Source of the DNA: an uncultured Candidatus Rokubacteria bacterium
GTDB lineage: Bacteria > Methylomirabilota > Methylomirabilia > Rokubacteriales > CSP1-6
Assembly (NCBI GenBank): GCA_963758635.1
Contig: CAVWWD010000003.1
Coordinates: forward strand, 864,001 to 928,000
DNA length: 64,000 nt
Direction of reading: 5' to 3'
Each line of letters opens with the position of its first letter. The stretch's first letter is position 1. The notes below the pieces were generated by a model, which saw only the letters and a program-made list of their open reading frames with translations, was not told the origin of the DNA and did no database searches. Below, in pieces: positions 32,843 to 43,211 of this stretch. The position numbers and the translations under genes are program-made.

Positions 32843-33031
32843 GCGACTGGGACGCGGTTTCACTTGGCCCATACTTGTAAGGGGAGACCCCAGGAAAGTC
32901 AAGGAGGAGGGGGACCTTCCGGGGCCTCCCGCCGGCCCGGGCGCCGGTCCTCCGGGAGGCCTCGCCGGGCTGTCCCGGTCGGCCCGGCGGCCGACCCGGC
33001 CCCTGCTCCACGGGGCGTGCCCAGCCGTCGA

Positions 33032-33061
33032 TTGACACCCTGCTCGCCGCCTCCGTATGAT
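33032..33061 (+). promoter_or_regulatory. sigma70 promoter
   Basis: TTGACA-N18-TATGAT upstream of the DJ-1 gene; SD AGGAGG follows. Confidence 0.75.
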
Positions 33062-33102
33062 CCGCGCGTCTCTCTCGCGAGATCGACGACCAGGAGGCGC
33101 TC

Positions 33103-33714
33103 ATGGACCGGTGGAACGTAGGGATTCTCATCTTCGACGGGGTCGAGGTGCTGGACTTCGCGGGGCCGTTCGAGGTCTTCTCCCGGACCCGGCTCCACGC
33201 CGGGCCGGACTCCCGGCGGTCGGAGGAGGCCGCCCCGTTCTCGGTGTTCACCGTGGCCCGCTCCCGGGCGCCGATCAAGGCCACGGGCAACCTCGAGGTG
33301 GTCCCGCATCACGGGTTCGCCGACGCGCCCCGGATCGACCTCCTCCTGGTCCCCGGGGGCTTTGGCACCCGGGCCCTGGTCAACGACGCGGAGACCCTGG
33401 ACTGGATCCGCACGGTGGCCGCCTCCGCCCGCAAGACCACGTCTGTCTGCACCGGCTCGCTGCTCCTGGCCAAGGCCGGGCTCCTGCAGGGGCGCCGGGC
33501 CACCACCCACTGGGCGGCGCTGGATCTCCTGGACTCGCTCGGGGCCGGTGTGACGGTGGACCGGGAACAGCGGGTGATCGACGACGGGATCATCACGTCG
33601 GCCGGGGTGGCGTCCGGCATCGACATGGCGTTCTACGTGGTGGAGACGCTCTTCGGGAAGGCCGTCGCGGACGAGACGGCCCGCTACATCGAGTACCGGC
33701 GGATCGCGGCCTGA
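33103..33714 (+). CDS. DJ-1/PfpI family protein
   Basis: FDGVEVLDFAGPFEV, VPGG, SVCTG, ATTHW and SAGVASGID motifs. Confidence 0.92.
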   Translation: MDRWNVGILIFDGVEVLDFAGPFEVFSRTRLHAGPDSRRSEEAAPFSVFTVARSRAPIKATGNLEVVPHHGFADAPRIDLLLVPGGFGTRALVNDAETLDWIRTVAASARKTTSVCTGSLLLAKAGLLQGRRATTHWAALDLLDSLGAGVTVDREQRVIDDGIITSAGVASGIDMAFYVVETLFGKAVADETARYIEYRRIAA

Positions 33715-33722
33715 AGGCCGGG

Positions 33723-33753
33723 CCGGGAGGGCCCGCATCGCGGGCCCTCCCGG
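33723..33753. terminator. Hairpin between convergent genes
   Basis: CCGGGAGGGCCCGC-atc-GCGGGCCCTCCCGG, a 14-bp perfect stem. Confidence 0.55.
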
Positions 33754-33766
33754 ATCCGGAGCGAGC

Positions 33767-35951
33767 TCAGGACTTCTTCCGGACGAAGACGAAGTCGCCG
33801 CCGTCGTGGCCGGCGTACTTGATCGGCGCGTACTCGGGCGTCTGGCTGAAGCCGAGCCGCCGGGCCGCCGCGTAGAGACGCACCTGGAGCTCGCGGTACA
33901 CGTCGCGGCCCAGCATCATCCCGGGGTTGGCGCGGAGCACCTCGAGGAAGCTGCCGGCGAACACCGACGGCTGCGCCCCCGCACCCTCGGCCACCGGCTG
34001 GAGCCCTCCGGACGTCATCACCATGCGCGCCCGCTTCGCGGACAGGCTCTGGATCGCCCGCGCCACGTCGTCGTCCTTCGACGCCGGCTCCAGCCTGCCG
34101 CTCGCCGAGCGTGACAGCCGCGCGGCGTACGGGGAGTCCGACACCACCAGGAGCTGACGGGCCGACATCACGTTCAGGACGTCGCTGAGCTGGGTGTCGG
34201 AGATCCACGTGCCCGGCTCGCCGGGGCGCGCGTCGGCGGGCAGCCAGTGCGCGCGCTGGTTCTTCTGGTCCAGCTCCCCGCGGCCCGCGAAGTAGATCAG
34301 GAGGTTGTCCTTGGTCCCGAGGCGCTCGCGGAGGTCGTTCAGCTCGCTCATGATCTGGGTCCGGCTGGCGTTCGTGACGGTCCGGACGTTGAACCCGTAG
34401 TCCTGGCGGAGCGCGCGCGACACGGCTTCCGCGTCGCGCACCGGGCTCTCGAGCCGGCTCATGCGCGAGTACTCGCTCACCCCGATGACCAGCGCGTGGT
34501 AGTTGCCGGTGACCGAGACGGGCGGGCCGCCGCCTGGCTTGTCGCCGCGCGACGCGATCAGCTGCACCCGGGCCGGCACCCCGAGCTCGACCGAGGTCCG
34601 ACGCTTGCTGGAGTCGAGCGCGACCAGCCGCACGCGGTCCTCGCGGGCGTCGCGCACCGTCAGCTCCGCGCGGAACCGTGTGTCGGTGGGCGTGGTGTCG
34701 GCGAGTTGCTCGACGCCGTTGATCGTGAAGGACTTGATCGCGGTGGGGGACGCCACGCGGCCGACCACGAGCAGCGTGTGCGTCCCGGCCTTCGCGGCCG
34801 AGGCGTCCGAGCCCGACGCCTGCACCACCGGCGGGTCCACGAGCTGGACGTTGATCAGCTCGATCTCCGGGCCCGACGGGTCGCGCTCCCACTTCAGGGG
34901 CTCGAGCCCGGCGCGCTGCGCCCGGGCCTCGGACTCGGTGCGGGCCAGCTTGGTCCGGGTCTCCTGGACGGCGACCTCGGCGGCGGGCTTCGCCGCGGGC
35001 TCCGAAGCCTGGAGCTTGGACACCCGCTCCTTCAGCGCCGCCGCTTCCTTCTCCTTGGCCTGCAACCGGCTCTCCCGCTCCTGGATGGTCTTGCGCAGAG
35101 CCTCATGGGCGGCCGTCTGGGTGCGGTCCTTCTGCTCCAGGGCCTGGAGCTCCCGGCGGAGCTCCGCGACCTCGGTCCGCGCGGCCTGCACGTCGCCCTC
35201 CTGCTGGGACATGGAGGCGCGCAGGCTGTCGATCTCGCGCTGGGCCGCGCTCAGCTCTCCGCGCCGCGTGTCGAGCTCCTTCCTGTACTGCTCGACCTCG
35301 CCCTCGAGCTGGGCCAGGCGGTTGCTGTCGGCCGCATCGGGGGTGATCTCGTAGGTCAGCTCGCTGAGCCCCGACGCCTTGCGGTACCAGTTGAGGGCCT
35401 CGCGCTGGTCCTTCTGGACTCCGAGACCGCGCTCGTAGAGGCTCCCCAGGTTGATGGCGGCGGCGGAGAAGTTCTGCTCGGCCGCCTTCCTGTACCACTC
35501 GGCGGCGGCGGCATAGTCCGGGGCCGTCCCGAGCCCCTTCTCGTAGATCTCGCCCACGTAGGTCTGGGCCTTCGGGTCGCCCTGCTTGGCCGACTCGAGC
35601 CACACCTTCAGGGCGGTGGCGTAGTTGGCCCGGTCGTAGCTCACGTACTCACCGCCGCGGATCTCGCAGTCCCGCGTGCTGGTCTTGAGGGGGCGGCGGG
35701 GGCCCAGGAAGGTCATCTTGCCGCCGAGACGCCGGATCTGGCCCGGGAGGAGGCAATCGACCACCAGGAAGTCCTCGGCCTTGGCTGGCGGCCTCGGGGG
35801 TCTTCGGGGCAGTCGACGGGGGAGGGGCCTGGGCGATCGCGGTGGAGCCGGTGAAGCCGGCGGCGAGGAGGGCCAAGGCCCCCGCAGCGCTTACCCCGAT
35901 CCATGGAAACCGGCGGACTCTTCCAGGGCGACGGCGGGAGTGAGGTCTCAT
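33767..35951 (-). CDS. Exported Sel1-repeat / coiled-coil / caspase-like (peptidase C14) protein, catalytic dyad substituted (frameshift about 35785)
   Basis: Signal peptide from ATG 35951; Sel1 repeats (AQTYVGEIYEKGLG); ALVIGVSEY, LIYFAGRG, VSDSPY, SVFAGSFL and GGDFVF. Confidence 0.8.
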
Positions 35952-35993
35952 GGCTTCCCCCGGGGAACGGCGTTCGATGGCTACAGTGGCACT

Positions 35994-36023
35994 ACCGTAC
36001 GAGCGGGGGTCCCGCCGTGTCAA
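35994..36023 (-). promoter_or_regulatory. sigma70 promoter for the caspase-like gene
   Basis: TTGACA-N18-TACGGT. Confidence 0.5.
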
Positions 36024-36069
36024 GCCACCGGCGGGGATGCTCGTGGCGGGCTGCGGCTGGCTCGAGGGT

Positions 36070-37556
36070 CTAGAACTCCATGCGGAAGCCGGCCGTGAAC
36101 TGGTGGTGCGTGATCCGCTTGAGCCCCAGGGCCGTCTCGTAGTTGAAGAAGGCGCCGATGCCCCGGCCCAGGAGGACCGAGAGACCTGCGCCAAGGGCGA
36201 AATAGTCCCGGTCGGGCTCGTCCGTGGGCACCGAGAAGAACGTGTTGCGTCACGTCGTGGATGTACCGCGCCTTGATGTTGCGGCTATCGTCTTCGAACT
36301 CATGACGCCACTCGCCCGAGATCTGTGGCACGAACACCCCGAACCCCGTGCTGATCGCGTACGCGAGGCGCCCGCCCAGCGCGCTCTGAACGGAGAGGAT
36401 GTCCTGCTTCTTGACCTGCAGATCGAGACCGGACGCGCCGTTTTCGCGATACCCGTCGATCTCCAGGTAGAGCGTCTCGATCCTGAGGGTCGGCGTGATC
36501 GTGAGCGCGCCGATCGGGAAGTCGTACCCCATGCCGACGTTGAAGGAGAACTGGTAGCCGTCGGTATCGCCCTTCGCGGTGCGGTCCACCACAAGCGGCA
36601 CTGTGCAGGCGTCCCCTTGCCGGCACCAGACATGCGGTGCCCGCCGCATGTAGCCGGCGGTATACGGATGCGGCGGTTCGTGTCGTACGTGTTCCAGGCG
36701 AATCCGACAGCGCCGTCGATGTAGAAGCGGCCGGGGGAGTAGGTCGCGTAGGCGGTGAGGCCGTAGCTACGTGAGTCGGTGTCACCGAGTCCCGCGTTGA
36801 ACTCCGCGTGGCCGCCGACGAACGTGAACGCGAGACCGCCGATGAAGGCGTCGGTGAAGCGATAGTCGGCGCCCAGGGTGACGCCTCCGTCGTGGAAGTC
36901 GAATCCCGGCTCGCGGTCGGAGTCGTCCCGGCTGCCAAAGCTGCCGTGGCCGTTCACGAACACGCCCAGACGGCTCAGACCGGCGCCGTTGGACGCGTCA
37001 CCCAGGAGCTCGCTCCAGTCGCCGACTGGTCCAGGGTGAGGGCGGCCCCGCCGAGCTGGAGGCCGCTGACGCGGACGCCGGTAGCGCCCGGCGCGCACCG
37101 CGGCGAGCCGGGCGCCGATGGTGCCCGAGAACGACCGGGCCCGCCGCTGGTCGTGCCTTGGCTGATGGCCTCGTCCGGGCGTCAGCGCCGAGCAGGACAG
37201 CCTGGTACGGCCGCTGAGGCTCAGGCCCAGAGAGTTCGGCCCTGGGACCGAGTTCGCGATTGGCTGACACGCGTTGGACCGCATCTCCGAGCAGCGGTCG
37301 AACAGGTCTTTCTGCAGCGGGTCTGCAGGCCGGAGCCGTTCGCTGCCGCCGCCGAAGTCACGAGCTCGGGCAAACGACGTCGATGGCCGCGCCCATGCGG
37401 AGCGCGGTGTCGGGTCGAGGCCAGGCACGGTGGCGATCGTTGGCTGGTACTCGGCGGAGCACTCTGAGCGAACACCGCGACCGGACATAGGCCGAGGATG
37501 ATTGCGAAGGTCAGCACTGTCCCGACCCACCAGGCGCCTCGCCGAATGCAACGCAT
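36070..37556 (-). CDS. Autotransporter beta-barrel domain outer membrane protein (multiple frameshifts)
   Basis: Signal peptide from ATG 37556 (SD GGAGGT); GVTLGADYRFTD, YRENGASGLDL and EWRHEF; C-terminal beta-signal FTAGFRMEF*. Confidence 0.8.
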
Positions 37557-37694
37557 AGTGACCTCCGTGACTCGTGTCGGGAGTGAACCCAGGTTCAGAA
37601 GCGCGGCAAGTCTACAGCAACGGAACATCGGGTGCCAACAAATTTGGCACGTCCCAGGCCGCGCCGGCGTCCAGAGTCTGCGGCGGTCGGAGGG

Positions 37695-38663
37695 TCAGTC
37701 GAGCAGGCCGATCTCGCGGTACCGGGGCTCCACCCGGGCGGTGAGGAGCCCCAGCCGCTGCAGGCGGGGGATCAGGACCTCGGTGAACAGGAACCGGTTG
37801 AACGCCTTCGCGGTCTGGGAGTTCTTGATGGTATCCCGGTGGATCGCCTCACCGTCCCAGCCCATCTCCTCCCACACGGTGCTGGATCGAGCGGAAGCCG
37901 GTCCGCTCGTCGCGCCCGTACATGGCGTCGCAGGTGCGGAGCGCGAAGTCCTCCAGGTAGTCCCGCCGTCCTCCGTCCATCGTGGGCAGCGTGCGGCGCA
38001 GGGCGAAGTAGCCGAAGTTCACGTGACGGCCCTCGTCCTGGAGCACGTAGTCGAGAGACGTCGCGCGAGCGTGGAGTCCTGGGTCTGCTTGTGCATCAGG
38101 TTGAACGCGGCGATGGCCAGCCCCTCGATGAGCATCTGCATGCCGAGGAGCTTCACCTCCCACATCTCGGACGAGAGGATCTCGTCGATCAGGCCCTTGA
38201 GCAGCGGGTCGACGGGATAGATCTTGTGGAGCTTCTTCACGTACCGCTCGAAGACTTCGACGTGCCGGCCCTCGTCCATCACCTGCGTGGACGCGTAGAG
38301 CTTGCAGTCGAGCTCGGGCACGGGGTTGACGAGCTGGCTGGCCACGAGGAGCGCGCCCTGCTCGCCGTGCAGGAACTGCGACAGGCGCCACGCCGAGACG
38401 CGGATCTCCACCTCCTTCCGCTCCTCCTCGCTGAGGCGCGGGAAGAACTCGGTGCCCTGGAAGGCCATGTGCACGTTCAGCACCGGCCCCTCCTTGCCGA
38501 TGGCGCGGCTCCAGTCCACGTCCGTCGAGCCGTTCCACTGGTTCTTCTTGGCCGTCTCGTAGAGCGACTCGAGCTCCTGGTGGGTGGGCTCGTAGTCGAA
38601 GTCCCACAGGGTGTCGAGCTGGTAGGACACTCGACGGGCGGCGGCGGCGTTCACGGTGGTCAT
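37695..38663 (-). CDS. Ferritin-like diiron protein (AurF-like; frameshifts about 38060 and 37880)
   Basis: SQFLHGEQGAL, DEGRH twice and IEGLA, matching the two ExxH diiron motifs. Confidence 0.8.
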
Positions 38664-38758
38664 GAGGGCGCTCCTGGTCACGGTTGCGTTTCGGCACTCG
38701 CAGCCTACGCGGCCCAGGCGATCCGGGTCAACCGCGCTCGCGCGCTGCCAACACGCCC

Positions 38759-38787
38759 TTGACACTGCAGGGCCCGGGGCTTAGATT
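38759..38787 (+). promoter_or_regulatory. sigma70 promoter for the ABC operon
   Basis: TTGACA-N17-TAGATT. Confidence 0.7.
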
Positions 38788-38961
38788 CGGAGTGCCTTCC
38801 GGCCGGCGCATCGCCTCCGGAAGGCGTTGCATGCCTCCGATTCCGCACGAGGACAGACGCTTCGCGCTGCACGTCCACCTCGCTCTCGCCGCCGGGACGC
38901 GGGTCTGGACAGGTGTCTCATTTCCTCGATCCCCGATCTCACTCGTACCCGGGAGGTGCCC

Positions 38962-40236
38962 ATGGCTGTCGTGACGCGCCGCCGCTTCCTCACCACGTCC
39001 GCCGGTCTCGCCGGCATCCTCGCCGCGGGTGTCCCGCCCGCCCGAGGCCAGCAGCGCGAGATCTCGTACCTGTGCTGGAACAACTTCGCCCCCGCCTCGG
39101 ACAAGAAGCTCGCCGAGATCGGGCAACGCTTCACCAAGGACACCGGCATCAAGCTCAAGATCGACCACATCTCGCACATGGGCCCGCAGCAGGCGAAGTA
39201 CGCGGCCGAGGTGCAGACGCAAGCCGGTCACGACCTGGTCGAGATGCGGATGCACTTCCCGTGGCTCTACGAGACCCAGCTCGTCGACGTCTCGGACGTC
39301 GTCGCCGGGCTCGAGAAGCAGTACGGCAAGGCGCTGTCCTCCGGCTACGAGGGCGCGCACGTCCACGGCGTCTGGCGCGCGGCGCCGCAGTATCACGGCA
39401 TGTTCGTCTGCACGTACCGCGAGGACCTCTTCAAGAAGGCCGGCCTCAAGGTGCCCGACACCTGGGAGGATCTCTACACCGTCGGCAAGGAGCTGAAGAA
39501 GATGGGGAACCCGGTAGGGATCCCCATCTCCCAGAACTACGACTCGATCTCCACCGCCGGTCCCGTCCTGTGGTCGTTCGGGGGCATGGAGGTGGACAAG
39601 GACGGCAAGACCGTGCGCATCAACTCGCCGGCCACCGCCCAGACGATCGAGTGGTACAAGAAGATGTACAAGGACTGCATGGAGCCCGAGGTCCTGTCGT
39701 GGTCCGACGCCAGCAACAACGAGTCGATCCAGCAGGGCAAGGCAAGCTGGGTCCACAACCCGGTGTCGGCCTACATCGTGGCCAAGCAGCGCAAGCTGGT
39801 CACCGCCGACGGCATCAACCACCACCGGAGCCTCGGCGGCCCCGCCGGACGGCACGAGACGGACACGCCGCGGCACATCGGCATCTGGAAGTTCTCGAAG
39901 AACGTCGAGGCCTCGAAGGAGTGGATCCGGTACCTGCTCGGCAAGCGCGAGGTCTACGACGAGTACATCATGGCGGGGGACGCGTTCAACCTGCCCGCCT
40001 ACGAGAAGCTCCAGGACCACCCGGTGCTGCGCTCGGACCCGAAGTACGCCGCGCTCAGGGGCGAGGGCATCCAGTACCACACCTACGGCTGGCCCGCGCC
40101 CGCGTCCGACAAGGTGCAGCTCATCACCAACACGTATCTCCTGCCCAACATGATCGCGAAGGCGGTCACGGGCACCTCGACCAAGGACGCCATGGCCTGG
40201 GCCGAGAACGAGATGAAGAAGATCATTGCTGGTTGA
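38962..40236 (+). CDS. Carbohydrate-type ABC transporter solute-binding protein, Tat signal
   Basis: TRRRFL twin-arginine signal, YREDLFKKAG..PDTWEDL; SD GGAGG; followed by two permeases. Confidence 0.88.
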   Translation: MAVVTRRRFLTTSAGLAGILAAGVPPARGQQREISYLCWNNFAPASDKKLAEIGQRFTKDTGIKLKIDHISHMGPQQAKYAAEVQTQAGHDLVEMRMHFPWLYETQLVDVSDVVAGLEKQYGKALSSGYEGAHVHGVWRAAPQYHGMFVCTYREDLFKKAGLKVPDTWEDLYTVGKELKKMGNPVGIPISQNYDSISTAGPVLWSFGGMEVDKDGKTVRINSPATAQTIEWYKKMYKDCMEPEVLSWSDASNNESIQQGKASWVHNPVSAYIVAKQRKLVTADGINHHRSLGGPAGRHETDTPRHIGIWKFSKNVEASKEWIRYLLGKREVYDEYIMAGDAFNLPAYEKLQDHPVLRSDPKYAALRGEGIQYHTYGWPAPASDKVQLITNTYLLPNMIAKAVTGTSTKDAMAWAENEMKKIIAG

Positions 40237-40238
40237 TT

Positions 40239-40295
40239 TGCGAGCCGAGCCGAAGGCGAGGCGAGCGCATATGGAAATGCAGTGGAAACGACCGC
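40239..40295 (+). repeat. Dispersed repeat family C, copy 1
   Basis: 48 of 57 nt identical, ungapped, to 48970-49026. Confidence 0.8.
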
Positions 40296-40376
40296 GGCGG
40301 GTTGTCCGCCAAGGGACGTGGGACAGGTCGCGGCGGGTTGTCCGCGAACGGACGTGGAGCAGTCCGCGGCGGGTTG
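40293..40376 (+). repeat. 36-bp tandem repeat (about 2.3 units)
   Basis: CGCGGCGGGTTG recurs at 40293, 40329 and 40365. Confidence 0.85.
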
Positions 40377-40380
40377 ACTG

Positions 40381-41322
40381 ATGGCGGTTCGAGCCGACGA
40401 GGTCATGGCCACCCGCCCGCGCCCGGGCGTCGTCGCCCGGGTGCGCGCGTCGCTCGACCGCGAGACCGTGCTGGGACCGGCGTTCGTCACGCCGGCCCTG
40501 CTGCTGCTCCTCCTGCTCGTCGCGTATCCGTTCGTGGTCGCGCTCTACTTCGCGCTCTCGAACTCCTTCATCGGGCGGCCCAGCGAGTTCATCGGCATCC
40601 GGAACTTCGTGAAGCTCTGGGAGAGCGACGCCTTCCGCCAGACCTTCCAGAACGCGTTCGTGTTCACCGGCATCGCGGTGGCCTTCAAGGTCGTCCTGGG
40701 CATCGCGCTGGCCCTGCTCCTGAACGAGCAGCTCTGGTTCAAGCGCATGATCCGGGGCGCGGTGCTGCTGCCCTGGGTCATCCCCACCGCGCTGTCCACG
40801 CTCGGCTGGTGGTGGATGTTCAACTCGCTCTACAGCGTCGTGAACTGGACGGGCATCGCGCTCGGCATCATGGACCCGCCGGGGCCCAACTGGCTCGGCC
40901 AGAAGGCCTACGCGATGGCGGCGGTGGTCACCGTGAACGTGTGGCGGGGGCTGCCGTTCTTCGCCATCACCATCCTCGCCGGGCTCACCGCCATTCCGAA
41001 GGAGCTCTACGAGGCGGCGGAGGCCGACGGGGCGGGGACGGCCTCCCGCTTCTGGCACATCACGCTGCCCCTGCTCAAGCCGGTGCTGGCGGTGGTGGTG
41101 CTCTTCTCCACCATCCTCACCTTCGGCGACTTCAACATCGTGTACGTGCTGACGCACGGCGGGCCCATCAACTCGACCCACCTCTTCGCCACGCTGTCAC
41201 GCCAGGTCGGGATCGACACGGGGCGGATCGGGGAGGGCGCGGCGATCTCGCTGTACCTCTTCCCGCTGCTGGTCTTCGTGGTGTGGGCGCAGCTCCGCTT
41301 CGTGCGGAAGCAGGAATATTGA
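40381..41322 (+). CDS. Carbohydrate ABC transporter permease 1
   Basis: EAA motif ELYEAAEADGA..RFWHITLP. Confidence 0.92.
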   Translation: MAVRADEVMATRPRPGVVARVRASLDRETVLGPAFVTPALLLLLLLVAYPFVVALYFALSNSFIGRPSEFIGIRNFVKLWESDAFRQTFQNAFVFTGIAVAFKVVLGIALALLLNEQLWFKRMIRGAVLLPWVIPTALSTLGWWWMFNSLYSVVNWTGIALGIMDPPGPNWLGQKAYAMAAVVTVNVWRGLPFFAITILAGLTAIPKELYEAAEADGAGTASRFWHITLPLLKPVLAVVVLFSTILTFGDFNIVYVLTHGGPINSTHLFATLSRQVGIDTGRIGEGAAISLYLFPLLVFVVWAQLRFVRKQEY

Positions 41323-41332
41323 GGCGACGCGC

Positions 41333-42178
41333 ATGACCGTCGAGCGGCGGCCCCTCGCGGCCAAGATCGGCAAGCACCTGCTGCTCGCGCCGTTCCTGGT
41401 GTTCGCGCTGTTCCCCTTCTATCACATGACGCTCACGTCGCTGAAGCAGGACCGCGAGCTCTACGACCGGCACGCGGTGCCGCTCGTCATCCGCCAGGGG
41501 CCCACGCTCGAGCACTACAAGAAGCTCATCTGGGACACCGAGTTCCTGACCTGGACGAAGAACAGCCTGCTCGTGACGGGGCTGTCCACGGCAGTGTCGG
41601 TGGTGATCGGCACCATGGCGGCCTACGCGCTGGCCCGGCTCAAGTTCTTCGGGGTGGGCACCTTCGGCACGGGCATCTTCGTGACGTACCTGGTGCCGAC
41701 CTCGCTCCTGTTCCTGCCGCTCGCCCAGATCGTGAACTGGATCGGCCTCGCCGACTCGAAATGGGCCCTCGTCCTGACCTATCCCACGTTCCTCGTGCCG
41801 TTCTGCACGTGGCTCCTCATGGGCTACTTCCGGACCGTGCCCAAGGAGGTCGAGGAGTGCGCGATGGTGGACGGCGCCACGCGCATCCAGGCGCTGTGGC
41901 GGATCGTCCTGCCGATCGCGGTGCCGGGGCTCGTCTGCGCGGCCCTCTTCGCGTTCACGCTGTCGTGGAACGAGTTCATCTACGCGCTCACGTTCACGTC
42001 GTCGTCGGAGCAGATCACGGCGAGCGTCGGCGTCACCACGGAGCTGATCCGCGGCGACATCTACTTCTGGGGCTCGCTGATGGCCGGCGCGGTGCTGGGC
42101 TCCGTCCCGATCGTCATCCTCTACGTCCTGTTCCTCGACTACTACGTCTCCGGCCTCACCGCCGGCGCCATCAAGTAA
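41333..42178 (+). CDS. Carbohydrate ABC transporter permease 2
   Basis: EVEECAMVDGATR and FTLSWNEF motifs. Confidence 0.92.
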   Translation: MTVERRPLAAKIGKHLLLAPFLVFALFPFYHMTLTSLKQDRELYDRHAVPLVIRQGPTLEHYKKLIWDTEFLTWTKNSLLVTGLSTAVSVVIGTMAAYALARLKFFGVGTFGTGIFVTYLVPTSLLFLPLAQIVNWIGLADSKWALVLTYPTFLVPFCTWLLMGYFRTVPKEVEECAMVDGATRIQALWRIVLPIAVPGLVCAALFAFTLSWNEFIYALTFTSSSEQITASVGVTTELIRGDIYFWGSLMAGAVLGSVPIVILYVLFLDYYVSGLTAGAIK

Positions 42179-42195
42179 AGACCAGCGCACCGACG

Positions 42196-42588
42196 ATGGC
42201 CCAGCTCCAGAAGTACGGCGCGCCCGGCGTCTTCGACCCGCCGGGCTACAGCCAGGCGATCAAGGTGACGGGCGCCCAGACGATCCTGTACCTCGCCGGC
42301 CAGGTGCCCTACGACGCCAGCGGCAATCCCGCGCACCCGGGCGACTTCACGGCCCAGGCCCGGGTGGTGTTCGGCGCCGTCAAGGCGCTGGTGGAGGCGG
42401 GGGGCGGCACGCTGGCCAACGTGGTGAAAATCACCACGTACGTGACGGACGCGCGCTACCGGCCGGAGTTCCGCGTGGTGCGCGACGAGTTCTTCGGGGT
42501 GCGGGGTCCGGCCTCCACGATGGTGCAGGTCGCCGCGCTCTCCCACCCCGACTACATGATCGAGATCGAAGCCGTCGCGATTGTCTGA
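42196..42588 (+). CDS. RidA/YjgF family protein
   Basis: YSQA, LAGQV, VVKITTYV, PASTMVQV and IEIEAVA. Confidence 0.88.
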   Translation: MAQLQKYGAPGVFDPPGYSQAIKVTGAQTILYLAGQVPYDASGNPAHPGDFTAQARVVFGAVKALVEAGGGTLANVVKITTYVTDARYRPEFRVVRDEFFGVRGPASTMVQVAALSHPDYMIEIEAVAIV

Positions 42589-42621
42589 CGCGGGCACCCG
42601 GGCTTCGCCCGCCCGGCGTCA
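42586..42621. repeat. Hairpin repeat family D, copy 1
   Basis: Core GCGGGCACCCGGGCTTCGCCCGCCCG is identical to 62456-62481. Confidence 0.75.
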
Positions 42622-43143
42622 GCGCTCGAGCTCGGTGCCCAGCGCCTCGTTGACGCGGTTGGTGAAGTTGGCGGCGGCGATGACGAGCGTGAGCTGGGTC
42701 AGCCCTTCCGGCCCGAGCGCCTCCCGCAGCGCGGCCACCAGCGCGGCCTCCACCTGGACCTTCCGGGTCATCTCCTCCGCGTACCGGACGACGAGGCGCT
42801 CGAGCGGCGAGAAGAGCGGGCTCCGCGCGTAGTCCGGGAGCGCGTTGAACTTCTCCTTGGTCACGCCGGCCTGCTGACCGATGGCCATGTTGTGCGTGGT
42901 GCAGTACCAGCAGTGGTTGAGCTGCGAGACCTTCACGTAGGCGAGCTGCTTGAGCTTCGGATCGAGCGGCCCCTCGCTCAGGGTGGAATACCACGCGTGG
43001 AACGCCGGCAGCGACCGGGCGTGGTTGGCCATGATCTTGACGATGTTCAGGACCCGGCCGCTCGTCTCCTGCAGACGCTCGTATAGCGTCCGCACCTCGG
43101 CCGGGGCCTGGTCACGCTCGACGTAGGGTAGTCTCGCCGCCAT
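42619..43143 (-). CDS. Carboxymuconolactone decarboxylase/AhpD family protein
   Basis: SQLNHCWYCTTH (CxxC) and ANFTNRVN. Confidence 0.88.
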   Translation of the reverse strand: MAARLPYVERDQAPAEVRTLYERLQETSGRVLNIVKIMANHARSLPAFHAWYSTLSEGPLDPKLKQLAYVKVSQLNHCWYCTTHNMAIGQQAGVTKEKFNALPDYARSPLFSPLERLVVRYAEEMTRKVQVEAALVAALREALGPEGLTQLTLVIAAANFTNRVNEALGTELER

Positions 43144-43211
43144 CGCCGCATCTCCCTCCTGAAGGCCTCGGTACAACCTCGGGCTCGGGCGCGGGACGCA
43201 TCATAGCCGCG

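Noticed and set aside
37622..37638. sigma54 promoter for the autotransporter gene
   Set aside because: TGGCAC is present on the minus strand, but the -12 position reads TC, not GC.
40293..40376. Possible mini CRISPR array
   Set aside because: The period is only 36 nt, the intervening parts resemble each other, and there are no cas genes; it is a tandem repeat.
42901..42912. Second selenoprotein in the AhpD/CMD gene
   Set aside because: Both CxxC codons are TGC; there is no in-frame TGA.
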